Shown piece after piece: positions 39,068-47,776 of a stretch of DNA of 64,000 nucleotides; position 1 is the first letter of the stretch; every line of letters starts with the position of its first letter. Source of the stretch: a virus; the IMG/VR virus record IMGVR_UViG_3300045988_141072, positions 64,001-128,000 of that record; one strand, 5' to 3'. The position numbers were made by a program, and so were the translations under genes. The notes under the pieces were generated by a model that was not told where the DNA came from, searched no databases, and saw only the letters and a program-made list of their open reading frames with translations.

Positions 39068-40324
39068 TTAAGCACTCTCTGCAATAACAGTAAGAGTGCT
39101 TTCCAAATATTCTACATAATCGTAGTTGATATTTATTTGTAAATTGTTTTTCTTAAACCATTCGTCAAATTCCCCAATATCAATTCTATATACAAAATCT
39201 AAGAAGTCATATGGAGAGAATTTGGTATATCCATAATTATCATGAAATAGTTTATGTACATCTTTATTTATACACGCTCCAAACCCATAAATTATATGTA
39301 AATCCTTTAATTCGTCTCTTAAATGTTGAAACTCATCTTCACTATAATCACATACTTGTTGTTTGACTTCTATGCCAGTCAACTTAAAAACTTCATCAAC
39401 AATATCTCTAAAAGCGGTAGTATGATGTACATTATCAAATTCTCCACCAGTAATTACACATTTATAATTACAAAATTCCATTGATTCATTAAACCAATCT
39501 TTTGTATCAGAGCGAAGTTCCGTATATGTAGGTAAAATACCGCCTTTCCAACGACCATTAAGTTCTCCATTTAAAGGATTGATATGTCTTGGATTCTTGT
39601 CGCCAGCCCATTTGCCTTTCATACGTTTACTAATAGCTTTACATTGTTCAGGACTTCGTTTTCTACCTTTCCACCAACTATCATGGGTTTTGTAATATTC
39701 TTTTTTGGTGGCAGAAATTTTATCTCTTGCCTCTTGTGAAATAATTCTTCCTTTTAATTTTTCACTGCATTTTAAACTCCTTGCAATATTAGCTCTATTT
39801 TGTGCTTCATAATTTTTACCTGAAATTCCCAAAACACCTGCATGACATTCAATTGATCTTACGGTTCTATTTGGAAAGAATATATTATGCAATTCTTCAC
39901 CTGTAAAATCTTTATAATTTTCATACATTATTTTATCTTCAGCTTCAGACCATTTTTCAAAAACCGTATAATCAGGATCTAAAAATCCAGATTCTTTTTT
40001 ACTACATTCTCTACATACATTTCGTAATCCGTCTATACAAGCTAAATCAATTGGAAAATATAATTTATTATTAGGTAGATCACGTCCACATTTTTTACAA
40101 TGACGAGTACCAGAATAAAATAAATCTTTTTCTTTATTTTGTTCAATAATTTTTAATCTTTTTTCTTTATTGATTATTGCTTGACAGTTTTTACACACTG
40201 CATTCAATCTACCAATTCTCTTATTTGCATAAGAAAAATATTCATTTGTATTTGGATATTCTGCATTACATTTAGTACATATTCTTGTCTTCGAATCAAC
40301 AGTAGTACCATGTGTATATCCCAT
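39068..40324 (-). CDS. HNH homing-type endonuclease with NUMOD3-like repeats
   Basis: Multiple CxxC zinc ribbons, GRIISQEARDKIS and GRKRSPEQCKAISKRMKG (NUMOD3-like), HNH core NVHHTTAF...NKDVHKLFH. Confidence 0.75.
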   Translation of the reverse strand: MGYTHGTTVDSKTRICTKCNAEYPNTNEYFSYANKRIGRLNAVCKNCQAIINKEKRLKIIEQNKEKDLFYSGTRHCKKCGRDLPNNKLYFPIDLACIDGLRNVCRECSKKESGFLDPDYTVFEKWSEAEDKIMYENYKDFTGEELHNIFFPNRTVRSIECHAGVLGISGKNYEAQNRANIARSLKCSEKLKGRIISQEARDKISATKKEYYKTHDSWWKGRKRSPEQCKAISKRMKGKWAGDKNPRHINPLNGELNGRWKGGILPTYTELRSDTKDWFNESMEFCNYKCVITGGEFDNVHHTTAFRDIVDEVFKLTGIEVKQQVCDYSEDEFQHLRDELKDLHIIYGFGACINKDVHKLFHDNYGYTKFSPYDFLDFVYRIDIGEFDEWFKKNNLQININYDYVEYLESTLTVIAESA

Positions 40325-40347
40325 AAAAATCACCTATAACCTTTCGT

Positions 40348-40443
40348 CCTAACCTCAAATAACAACTAAAAATAGCAGTAGAAGTGGGGAGGTTAGGTGT
40401 AAAACCCACATACACAAGAATGATCAGTTCTTATGTCTACTGC
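40348..40443 (-). ncRNA. structured element E1 (paralog of 43014-43099)
   Basis: Stems GCAGUAGA/UCUACUGC and CCUAACCUC/GAGGUUAGG around the conserved CUUCUACUG.UAUUUUUAGUUGUU. Confidence 0.45.
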
Positions 40444-40613
40444 CATATTCCAACTATCTGCAACCGAAACAGTAACAATCCTCTCATAGTTGGCTATATA
40501 TTTATTCTCTTTTTAAATTTCATCACAATATAAAAGAAGCCACTTAATACGAAATGACTTCTCATAATTTCCAATATTAAATTTCCAATGAAAGTGCAAT
40601 TTACTTCACTTAA

Positions 40614-40686
40614 CACACCTTCTACGATTTGAACATAGACCTGACAATTTTGGAGATTGTTGCTCTACCAATTAAGCTAAAGGTGT
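40614..40686 (-). tRNA. tRNA-Trp (CCA)
   Basis: Hand-folded cloverleaf: acceptor ACACCTT/AAGGTGT, anticodon stem ACAAT/ATTGT, loop CTCCAAA, T-loop TTCAAAT. Confidence 0.85.
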
Positions 40687-41143
40687 AAAATCATCACATT
40701 GACTTCGCTAATCAAACAGACTATAATATATCTGCCATAATTGGCAGAAAGGAATGGTGATTATGTTAAAAGCCGTTTTGAATATGCCCGTTCTGAGTAA
40801 AAGTCAATGCGATGGCAATAATAGTATTACAGATCCCAACTGCTAAAGTGAGGTTGCCTTGATTAAGACAAGATTTCACATCAACCTATTTACAAAGTGG
40901 TGTAAAATGTGTACACGCACCGTCAGGAACAAAAGGATAAAAGCTCAATGACGGTACTGAGCTTACCACAATGCAAATTGCACCAAGGTCTTAGAAAAAA
41001 AAATTGGGAATAAGGCTGTCAAAGTGATGTGCTTGATAGCCTTATTTTTAATAAAGCGAGAGAGTAGTGATGAGCTACTCACATCTAAAAGTTGTATGCA
41101 TCCCACTAATAGATTTTCATCTTCAGGACTTCTCGCATAATAG

Positions 41144-41217
41144 CGACTCTAATGGGACTCGAACCCATAATCTTCTGATAGACAGTCAGACGAATTAACC
41201 AATTCTTCCATAGAGCC
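41144..41217 (-). tRNA. tRNA-Asp (GTC)
   Basis: Acceptor GGCTCTA/TAGAGTC, anticodon stem TCTGA/TCAGA, loop CTGTCTA, T-arm ATGGG-TTCGAGT-CCCAT. Confidence 0.8.
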
Positions 41218-41879
41218 ATACGCAAATGTCAACATAAAGCACCAACTAGTTGACTTGAACTGTACACATCCAGTTATTTAGAATAAAAAGTTAGACAATT
41301 CATTCATGCTTTCTAAATCACTTCAATCATATTTACTCGCTAACCAACGCACGAGAAGGAGATTGCTACCTGTGCCACCCAAAATACATTGCGCTTATGT
41401 AGTAACACTCCATATCTTTACCTCAAAAATAAGTGAGTATCATAGCTACACACTTACATACAGCAACTTAATAACCCGGTAAAATAATTGGTTTGGTTAA
41501 AAGCTTGACTAGGTGCAAGCACCTCTTCAAGTAAAAATCCAAAGATTTTTTGTTCATTATCGTTTCTCATTAACGCAGAGAATCACGGACATCTTCTCAT
41601 TTTGAAGGATGAGAATAACCAAAGAATCTAGATGTCGATAGAATAGAAGATTGGACTTATAATGCTACATGGATAGCAAATGCCAAGATATGATAACATT
41701 AATAATCAATAGTAAAAATCTATCAACGAATTGATAGACCACCCTTACTCTCATGAGAGTGTAAGCAGCTTGTAATATATTATTCTCTACATTGTCTCCA
41801 CCTCTCGGCTCAAATATCACGTTACTATGCTTTCTTGTTGAAATTGATTTTGGTTAGACGAAGGCTTCATCAGCATCTT

Positions 41880-42914
41880 CTATAAATCAGAAAGTGATTT
41901 TTGTTCAACCTTTTTAATTTCTCCGTCTGCAAAATATTTTGCAAATTGCTCATCAGCATCAATATCCTTGTACACCGCAACCATATCAAGCGAATTCCAA
42001 CCGACTAGCATTTGAATTACATCATCAGGAAGACCACTTCGAGAACAAGAAGTTGTAAAGAAATGACGAAGGCTGTGAAAATAGAAGTCTTCTCCTAAAT
42101 GTTTGCTGAATGTATCAGCCCAACTGTCAAGAGTGCTTGAATCCATAGGTTCATCTATATATTCTCCATTTACTTTCTTTGGAAATAACCATTCTGATTC
42201 AATTCCGTGTTCTTTTCTATAATTCATCCACAAATCAAAATATGGTTTAAACGGTTTTGCAAGTGTATATACCGTCAACATTTTGCCCCTAGAGCCTTTT
42301 CCCTTTGTTTGGATCTTTTCAGGCGTTTTATATAAAGAACCATATATAATATTTTCATCATTGAAATAAGATACTTTGAAACGTGGCAATTCACTCTTAC
42401 GTCTACCGCTAAATGCAGCTAATGCTAAAATACAAGCCTTGTCATACTTACCTTTTTCAACCCAATAATCAAGCATTCCCTGTACTTGTTCATCAGATAA
42501 CACAGTTTTAGTGAATACTTTCTCATTTGCAGGATTTTCAATTTTGCGTATAATCGGTTTAAAGTTCTCATACTCATCATCTAATATAGCTTCGACATAA
42601 TTTGAAAGAGAAGAGAGAGTAGATTTTACTCTACGCATTCTAGCTGGCGACCATTTATATTCAGTAAGGCAAAAACTCTGATAACGAGCAATATCCCTCT
42701 TAGATAAATCAATAAAGAATTTGTTGTCACAATGCTGAAGTAAATACACCCAGAAAATGTAAAGGTCACGCCTATACGCATTAATTGTATTCGGAGATCT
42801 ATCCACTGAACGAAGATAATCCAAAAAGTCATTTCCTAACTCTATATTCTCTTTATTGCACTGAGCCAATAGCTCATCAGTAACAATATTGTTATGCTGT
42901 ATTTTTCTACTCAT
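41880..42914 (-). CDS. tyrosine recombinase/integrase
   Basis: SAM-like N-domain (NTINAYRRDLYIFW), SGRRKSE (Arg), HSLRHFFTT (H-x-x-R), LVGWNSLDMVAVY (catalytic Tyr). Confidence 0.85.
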   Translation of the reverse strand: MSRKIQHNNIVTDELLAQCNKENIELGNDFLDYLRSVDRSPNTINAYRRDLYIFWVYLLQHCDNKFFIDLSKRDIARYQSFCLTEYKWSPARMRRVKSTLSSLSNYVEAILDDEYENFKPIIRKIENPANEKVFTKTVLSDEQVQGMLDYWVEKGKYDKACILALAAFSGRRKSELPRFKVSYFNDENIIYGSLYKTPEKIQTKGKGSRGKMLTVYTLAKPFKPYFDLWMNYRKEHGIESEWLFPKKVNGEYIDEPMDSSTLDSWADTFSKHLGEDFYFHSLRHFFTTSCSRSGLPDDVIQMLVGWNSLDMVAVYKDIDADEQFAKYFADGEIKKVEQKSLSDL

Positions 42915-43013
42915 TAAATCTCACTTCCTTTCACACATAAAAAAGAAGCAGTAATACTAATTAACTAACTGCTTCTAAGCAACATTTTCTATATTTAAAA
43001 AATCAAATCTTTC

Positions 43014-43099
43014 CCTATGCCAACAACTAAAAAATAGAACAGTAGAAGAGAGGCATAGGTTCTCATATACTTGGTAGCTACTCCAAGCACCTACTGTTC
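43014..43099 (-). ncRNA. structured element E2 (paralog of 40348-40443)
   Basis: Stems GAACAGUAG/CUACUGUUC and CCUAUGCC/GGCAUAGG around the same conserved loop sequence. Confidence 0.45.
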
Positions 43100-43182
43100 C
43101 ATAAATCCCACAATCAGCTATGACGCCAATTATGAGCACATATTTATATTCTCTGTTTCCATTCATAAAAACATCGAATCAA

Positions 43183-43256
43183 TGGGCATAAAGGGACTCG
43201 AACCCCTGATCTACCGGTTAAAAGCCGGTTGTTCTAACCAACCGAACTACATACCC
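43183..43256 (-). tRNA. tRNA-Lys (TTT)
   Basis: Acceptor GGGTATG/TATGCCC (2 G-U pairs), D-stem GTTC/GAAC, anticodon stem ACCGG/CCGGT, loop CTTTTAA, T-loop TTCGAGT. Confidence 0.85.
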
Positions 43257-43313
43257 AAAACAAAAGAGTGCATAGAAAACTACACACTCTCTATAAATTC
43301 AAGATTTAACATC

Positions 43314-43892
43314 TTACAAACTTAACAAATCTATCCATCTATTCATTTCATCACAAAAATCCTGATATCTGGCATCTATTTCAGCCATAGCATCTTCGTA
43401 TTCTTCTTTACTAGCAGATTTGTTATTTACAAAATAATTAGTGGTAGAAGTAGAAGATATAGGTTTACCATATAATTCGCAGTTCTCACAATCGTAATCT
43501 TCTTTGCCTATAACAACTTCATATATATTGTCACTTTCTAAATGTGATAATACTTTAGATGAACAATTACTTAATACATAAATATACTTTGATTCATCGT
43601 CTATATAATCATCATCTTGTTTAAAAGGTTCAACATATAGTTCGCTATTCATAATACTAATAATATATTCATCACTATATTCTTCAGGTGAATGATTAGG
43701 ATTGATAAAATTATCAAAAGAATGAATATCATATTCACCAATATTAATTAATGATTTAATGATTTCGTTTGCTTCTTTATACTTTGCAATAATAGATATA
43801 TCGGCAAAATCTGCCTTATTTAATACATTTTCATACATAGCATTAACACTAACGGCAAAGTCTAAAGCATCTTCAAAATATATTGTTTCCAT
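43314..43892 (-). CDS. hypothetical acidic protein
   Basis: METIYFEDALDF.... Start choice uncertain (ATG 43892 versus GTG 43907). Confidence 0.5.
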   Translation of the reverse strand: METIYFEDALDFAVSVNAMYENVLNKADFADISIIAKYKEANEIIKSLINIGEYDIHSFDNFINPNHSPEEYSDEYIISIMNSELYVEPFKQDDDYIDDESKYIYVLSNCSSKVLSHLESDNIYEVVIGKEDYDCENCELYGKPISSTSTTNYFVNNKSASKEEYEDAMAEIDARYQDFCDEMNRWIDLLSL

Positions 43893-43912
43893 AATTAAAA
43901 ACACCACCCAAA

Positions 43913-44188
43913 CTAAATATTTTTATTTGCTTTTGACATTGTAAACTTGATTTCATTATGGGCTTCTGTATGCCAAGGCTTACCATTAATAGCACTTACA
44001 CCGTCTTTTGCAGGTACTGCCTTCACTGAGAATGTACCAAGCTTTCCAAATTTAATCTTTTCAGTTGAATCTGACTTTAATGTATCAAAAATAACGTCTT
44101 CAAAAGTATCAATAATTACCTTAATATCTGCCTTTGAAGCACCTTCAACTCTATTTGCAATTTCTTTTAATAATAAATCTTTAGTCAT
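43913..44188 (-). CDS. HU/IHF-family DNA-binding protein
   Basis: MTKDLLLKEIANRVEGASKADIKVIIDTFEDVIFDTL...FGKLGTFSVKAVPA, typical HU fold signature. AAGGAGA RBS. Confidence 0.8.
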   Translation of the reverse strand: MTKDLLLKEIANRVEGASKADIKVIIDTFEDVIFDTLKSDSTEKIKFGKLGTFSVKAVPAKDGVSAINGKPWHTEAHNEIKFTMSKANKNI

Positions 44189-44527
44189 GTTTGTCTCCTT
44201 TTTTCTCAATTAATTTCATTTTGCCTTTTTCAGCAATTTTGTTTTATTTTTTATAACTAAAAAGAGGGTAGCAGCTCAGAATGAGTCTACTCCCTCATAA
44301 ATTTCGTATCCTAACAGCGCTCCTATGGAATTACCCAATGGTCTGTCACCCGTAGGTTCAGGGATTCTGGTGTGATACGAACTACTATAATCCCTTTTTT
44401 GTAATAACCTAAGTTATTCTCGTTTGTTAATGCCAGTCGAGTTCTGATTTATATTTTATTGCAGTTGTATATGTATCGGTTCATTACACTTAGCCAAGCC
44501 AAACCGAATGGCGGACTGCAATATTAT

Positions 44528-45754
44528 TTAATTTAATTTAATATCTTTTATCATTTCTACTTCGTTTTCCTTTAAAATAACAATTGTTTGTGAAGCAGAA
44601 CTAGCACAAAAGAAATTTTTAGAATAGTCGTTAAATCCACTTAAACATCCACTGGAAATTACATAACGACCATGATTTTCTGATTGAACAGAAAAATTAT
44701 GTAAATGACCACTAAAAATTAAATCATAAAATTGATTATCACTTGAAATGATTTTAGCAAAATTACCTTTATCATTTTTATATTTATCACCATGTATAAA
44801 TTTACAAGATAAACCTGAAATCATTATGTTAATGTCTGAATCAGAATAATTTGTTTCTAAAATAGAAATTCTAGTTGAACCACTAACTTCAATCAAATCT
44901 TTAATTTGTTCAGTGATAAGCACATTAGCATTATCACCTTCAAAACTTTTCTTTTTATCCCCAGACATTCTATCGTGATTCCCGGCTATACCACCATAAA
45001 CGACATTACAATCTTCGGCTAAAGAAACTAATAATCTATATATTAATTTAGTTGCTTTATGTATCTGCATTGATTGTAGAAATTCACAATTATGTTCTTG
45101 GGTGTTTCGCATATATACTTGTTCAATCATATCACCAGTTGATATTACAAATATTTTTTTGATGTCATACATATCTATATATTTTTTACATTCAGATATA
45201 TATTTATTAATTCGTTCATTTGCAATTTCCCAATTAAAATAATTACCGTTGCAATTATTAATTACGTATCCTATATGCCAATCTGTAATATGGCATACCA
45301 TCGTATATTTAGAATTATCTACAATGGGTTTATACATATATTCAGGTATTTTCAATGAAAAATCATTATCTTTCATATACTGTTTTAATTCATCAGCAAC
45401 AGTAAGACATGGAACTAAATCTCGTTTCATTTTATTTAACTTTAATCTGTCGTTGTGAATTTGCTGTTTAACAATATACTGTTCACCAAGAATCTCTTTT
45501 GCGTCATCAAGGGTAAATGATTTTTCAGTTATATTTTTAGATTTTAAATACTCTCTTACAAAATAATTACCAAAGATAGTCTGACTAGCTTTTCTTACGC
45601 TGTCATAATGGCATTTAATACCATATTTATCTACAAGTTCTTTCCAGTCTATATCCGAAAGACCAGACATTTTATTAGAAATTTCTGTTAATACTTGTTC
45701 ATAAGTAGTAGGAGTTAGTCCATATTTTGCTAATTCTTCTTCGAAATTATACAA
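44528..45754 (-). CDS. calcineurin-like metallophosphoesterase (SbcD/Mre11-like)
   Basis: Motifs DWHIG, GDMIE, GNHD, GHLH in canonical order. Confidence 0.75.
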   Translation of the reverse strand: MYNFEEELAKYGLTPTTYEQVLTEISNKMSGLSDIDWKELVDKYGIKCHYDSVRKASQTIFGNYFVREYLKSKNITEKSFTLDDAKEILGEQYIVKQQIHNDRLKLNKMKRDLVPCLTVADELKQYMKDNDFSLKIPEYMYKPIVDNSKYTMVCHITDWHIGYVINNCNGNYFNWEIANERINKYISECKKYIDMYDIKKIFVISTGDMIEQVYMRNTQEHNCEFLQSMQIHKATKLIYRLLVSLAEDCNVVYGGIAGNHDRMSGDKKKSFEGDNANVLITEQIKDLIEVSGSTRISILETNYSDSDINIMISGLSCKFIHGDKYKNDKGNFAKIISSDNQFYDLIFSGHLHNFSVQSENHGRYVISSGCLSGFNDYSKNFFCASSASQTIVILKENEVEMIKDIKLN

Positions 45755-45769
45755 TTACTCACCAACTCT

Positions 45770-45979
45770 CTATTCATCTTCTATAGGCTCATCAAGTTCT
45801 TCTTCGTCTTTAACTTTCACATTAATTTCAATGGCAGCACCATCAAAATCTGAAAGAAGAGTAGAAAGTTTCTTTTCTTCACCATCTACATCAATTGTCA
45901 TTGTGTCTGTATTTATAATTCCTGCTATTTTCATTGCAGTAGTTGTAGTCTTTTTATATGTAAAATTCATCCTTTTCAT
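45770..45979 (-). CDS. hypothetical acidic small protein
   Basis: 69-aa ORF after AAAGGATGAAAAGG RBS. Confidence 0.5.
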   Translation of the reverse strand: MKRMNFTYKKTTTTAMKIAGIINTDTMTIDVDGEEKKLSTLLSDFDGAAIEINVKVKDEEELDEPIEDE

Positions 45980-46015
45980 CCTTTCACGACTAAAATAAGA
46001 GAGTAGAACAACTCT

Positions 46016-46249
46016 CTAAAAATCATCATCTTCATAATATTCTTCATCAGGAATCTGAAAACCAATAGCGCAAGTATTAACCGGCTCAGACTGTTCTTGA
46101 ATATCTTGAAGTTCATTGTTTATTTTCATAACTTTTTTGCTTAACTTACCTTTTGGTACTTCCAATGCCACTTGCAATAGTTCTGTGAGAGAATCCCAAA
46201 TTGGCAATAAGCACACACCTGTTACAAAACCTAAAATATATTTCTTCAT
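46016..46249 (-). CDS. small membrane protein with acidic tail
   Basis: MKKYILGFVTGVCLLPIW.... Its AGAGG RBS abuts the right end of the IS element. Confidence 0.5.
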   Translation of the reverse strand: MKKYILGFVTGVCLLPIWDSLTELLQVALEVPKGKLSKKVMKINNELQDIQEQSEPVNTCAIGFQIPDEEYYEDDDF

Positions 46250-46261
46250 AGGCAATTACCT

Positions 46262-47776
46262 CTACGTGAGCACTCACACCACTAAAGTGACGTGCTTCCA
46301 ATTCTTTAGAAATCGGATTACTTATCTACTATACAGTTCTTAACTCAGATATTATGCAGCTATACCACATAAATCCGCATTAAGTCTAATTAACGTAGAC
46401 AAAGTGCGTGTTGCTCCCGTACCATAATCAGAATCTTTTGTCTGACTAGGCAACCTTCTCATCACTGAGTCGGATTTTAAAAGTTCTCTTATAAAATATC
46501 TTGCTCCAATATTATAAGTTGCGTTTAAATCACAATGGTATTGTTTACCATTTTGAAAAGTACAGATAGAGTAGTTATACTTTTCTTTACCATTTTGAAT
46601 ATAAGTTCCTCTTTCTACTCTGCCAGAACCATCAAATGCTAATCTACTTGTGTTCCAAGCACAAATCCTACTAATTCTTATTCCTAAAATGTGAGCATGA
46701 TGTTCCACGATTCTTTGAATTTCTTTCTTACGCCACAAAGCAAGTTTTTGTTTACCTTTTCCAGATTTCTTACCTTGTGTATCTAAGAACTCAAATACAA
46801 TAACATCCGCATTGTATAGAACTGCAAAGTCTATAATTCCTTTTGCCGCCTTACGACTAATATCTGTGTTTAAGTCATTTACGTGTTTCCAAAGAGTAGG
46901 ACATTTTCTTGTACCATTTTGTTGTGCTTTCTTAACTCTGTTTAATGCTTTGTATAAATGGTCTTTTTCTGTTGCAAGATTGATAAATTTTCTTCCAACG
47001 ACAGTTCCATCACTCTGCATTATTGAACAGGTTGCATTATTATTTAATCCTAAATCAACTGCACAAATAATCTGATCTTGAATATCTACTTTTTGAAATT
47101 TCGCATCGTCTGAAAATGGAAATACAAGATACCAACATTTTCCTTGTTTCTTTAACGTTGGAACATATTCTTTTTTCAATTTACAATGTTTCTGAATGTA
47201 TTTCACATCCTGATTTTTTAATTCCACATTCAACCAAACCCAATCATTCTTGTGAAAGATTTTGATTTGAGCATGAGTTTCATCAGTACGAATATACATA
47301 TTATCTTTATATAATACTGGCATAACACTTCTGTCCAATTGTAAGATTGGTTTTTTACCTGTTGGGTTTTCTTTCCAATTCTGAAAATTAGAATAATAAG
47401 AAGAATAACATCCTGTAGCTATATTAATAGCGGAGCGCCTTAGATAAGATGGCATCTTATAAAACATTGCATTGAAATCGTATTTTGGATTCGGATTCGG
47501 ATTCTTTTTAGTAGATAGAGATAATCTCTCAATTTCTCTGCAACGCTCAAGATTCTTTATGTCTTTCAATATGACCCATTCTTTATCACAAATATTTATA
47601 AAGAAGGATACTGCTTCACGATATATCTTTACTGTATCATTAAATATCTTGTTGTAATTTTTGATTTTTACTTTATACGATGAATATACTTTCATTGACA
47701 AATATCCTCCTCTCATTATATTATTCTCTATTTCGCTCACTTACTCATGACTAAAGTCACGAGTGTGCGTTCACAG
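46262..47776 (-). mobile_element. IS200/IS605-family element carrying tnpB only (IS1341-like); ends approximate
   Basis: Subterminal imperfect hairpins with a shared TTTAG loop: LE CTCGTGAC-TTTA-GTCATGAG (47744-47763), RE CACGTCAC-TTTA-GTGGTGTG (46275-46294). No tnpA. Confidence 0.65.
46352..47695 (-). CDS. tnpB: TnpB (RuvC-like RNA-guided nuclease family)
   Basis: MKVYSSYKVKIK... N-terminus, RuvC-I ICAVDLGLNN, RuvC-II VIVFEFLD, RuvC-III HCDLNATYNIGARYF. GAGGAGGA RBS. Confidence 0.8.
   Translation of the reverse strand: MKVYSSYKVKIKNYNKIFNDTVKIYREAVSFFINICDKEWVILKDIKNLERCREIERLSLSTKKNPNPNPKYDFNAMFYKMPSYLRRSAINIATGCYSSYYSNFQNWKENPTGKKPILQLDRSVMPVLYKDNMYIRTDETHAQIKIFHKNDWVWLNVELKNQDVKYIQKHCKLKKEYVPTLKKQGKCWYLVFPFSDDAKFQKVDIQDQIICAVDLGLNNNATCSIMQSDGTVVGRKFINLATEKDHLYKALNRVKKAQQNGTRKCPTLWKHVNDLNTDISRKAAKGIIDFAVLYNADVIVFEFLDTQGKKSGKGKQKLALWRKKEIQRIVEHHAHILGIRISRICAWNTSRLAFDGSGRVERGTYIQNGKEKYNYSICTFQNGKQYHCDLNATYNIGARYFIRELLKSDSVMRRLPSQTKDSDYGTGATRTLSTLIRLNADLCGIAA

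Noticed and set aside
42975-43166. 63-aa ORF between the recombinase gene and tRNA-Lys, and similar short ORFs at 60665..60880 and 61308..61658
   Set aside because: They overlap structured elements, tRNA-like sequence, or well-supported genes on the other strand. They lack RBSs
11700-45995. Dispersed AGAGTAG / CTACTCTC motif as a mobile repeat or regulatory signal
   Set aside because: In context each intergenic copy is one arm of an intrinsic terminator. The minus-strand consensus is ...CUACUCUCYUAUUUUAGU, for example near 19830, 22430, 25410, 41050 and 45990. Only the 27-nt pair at 11696/13006 and the E1/E2 pair go beyond that and are reported separately
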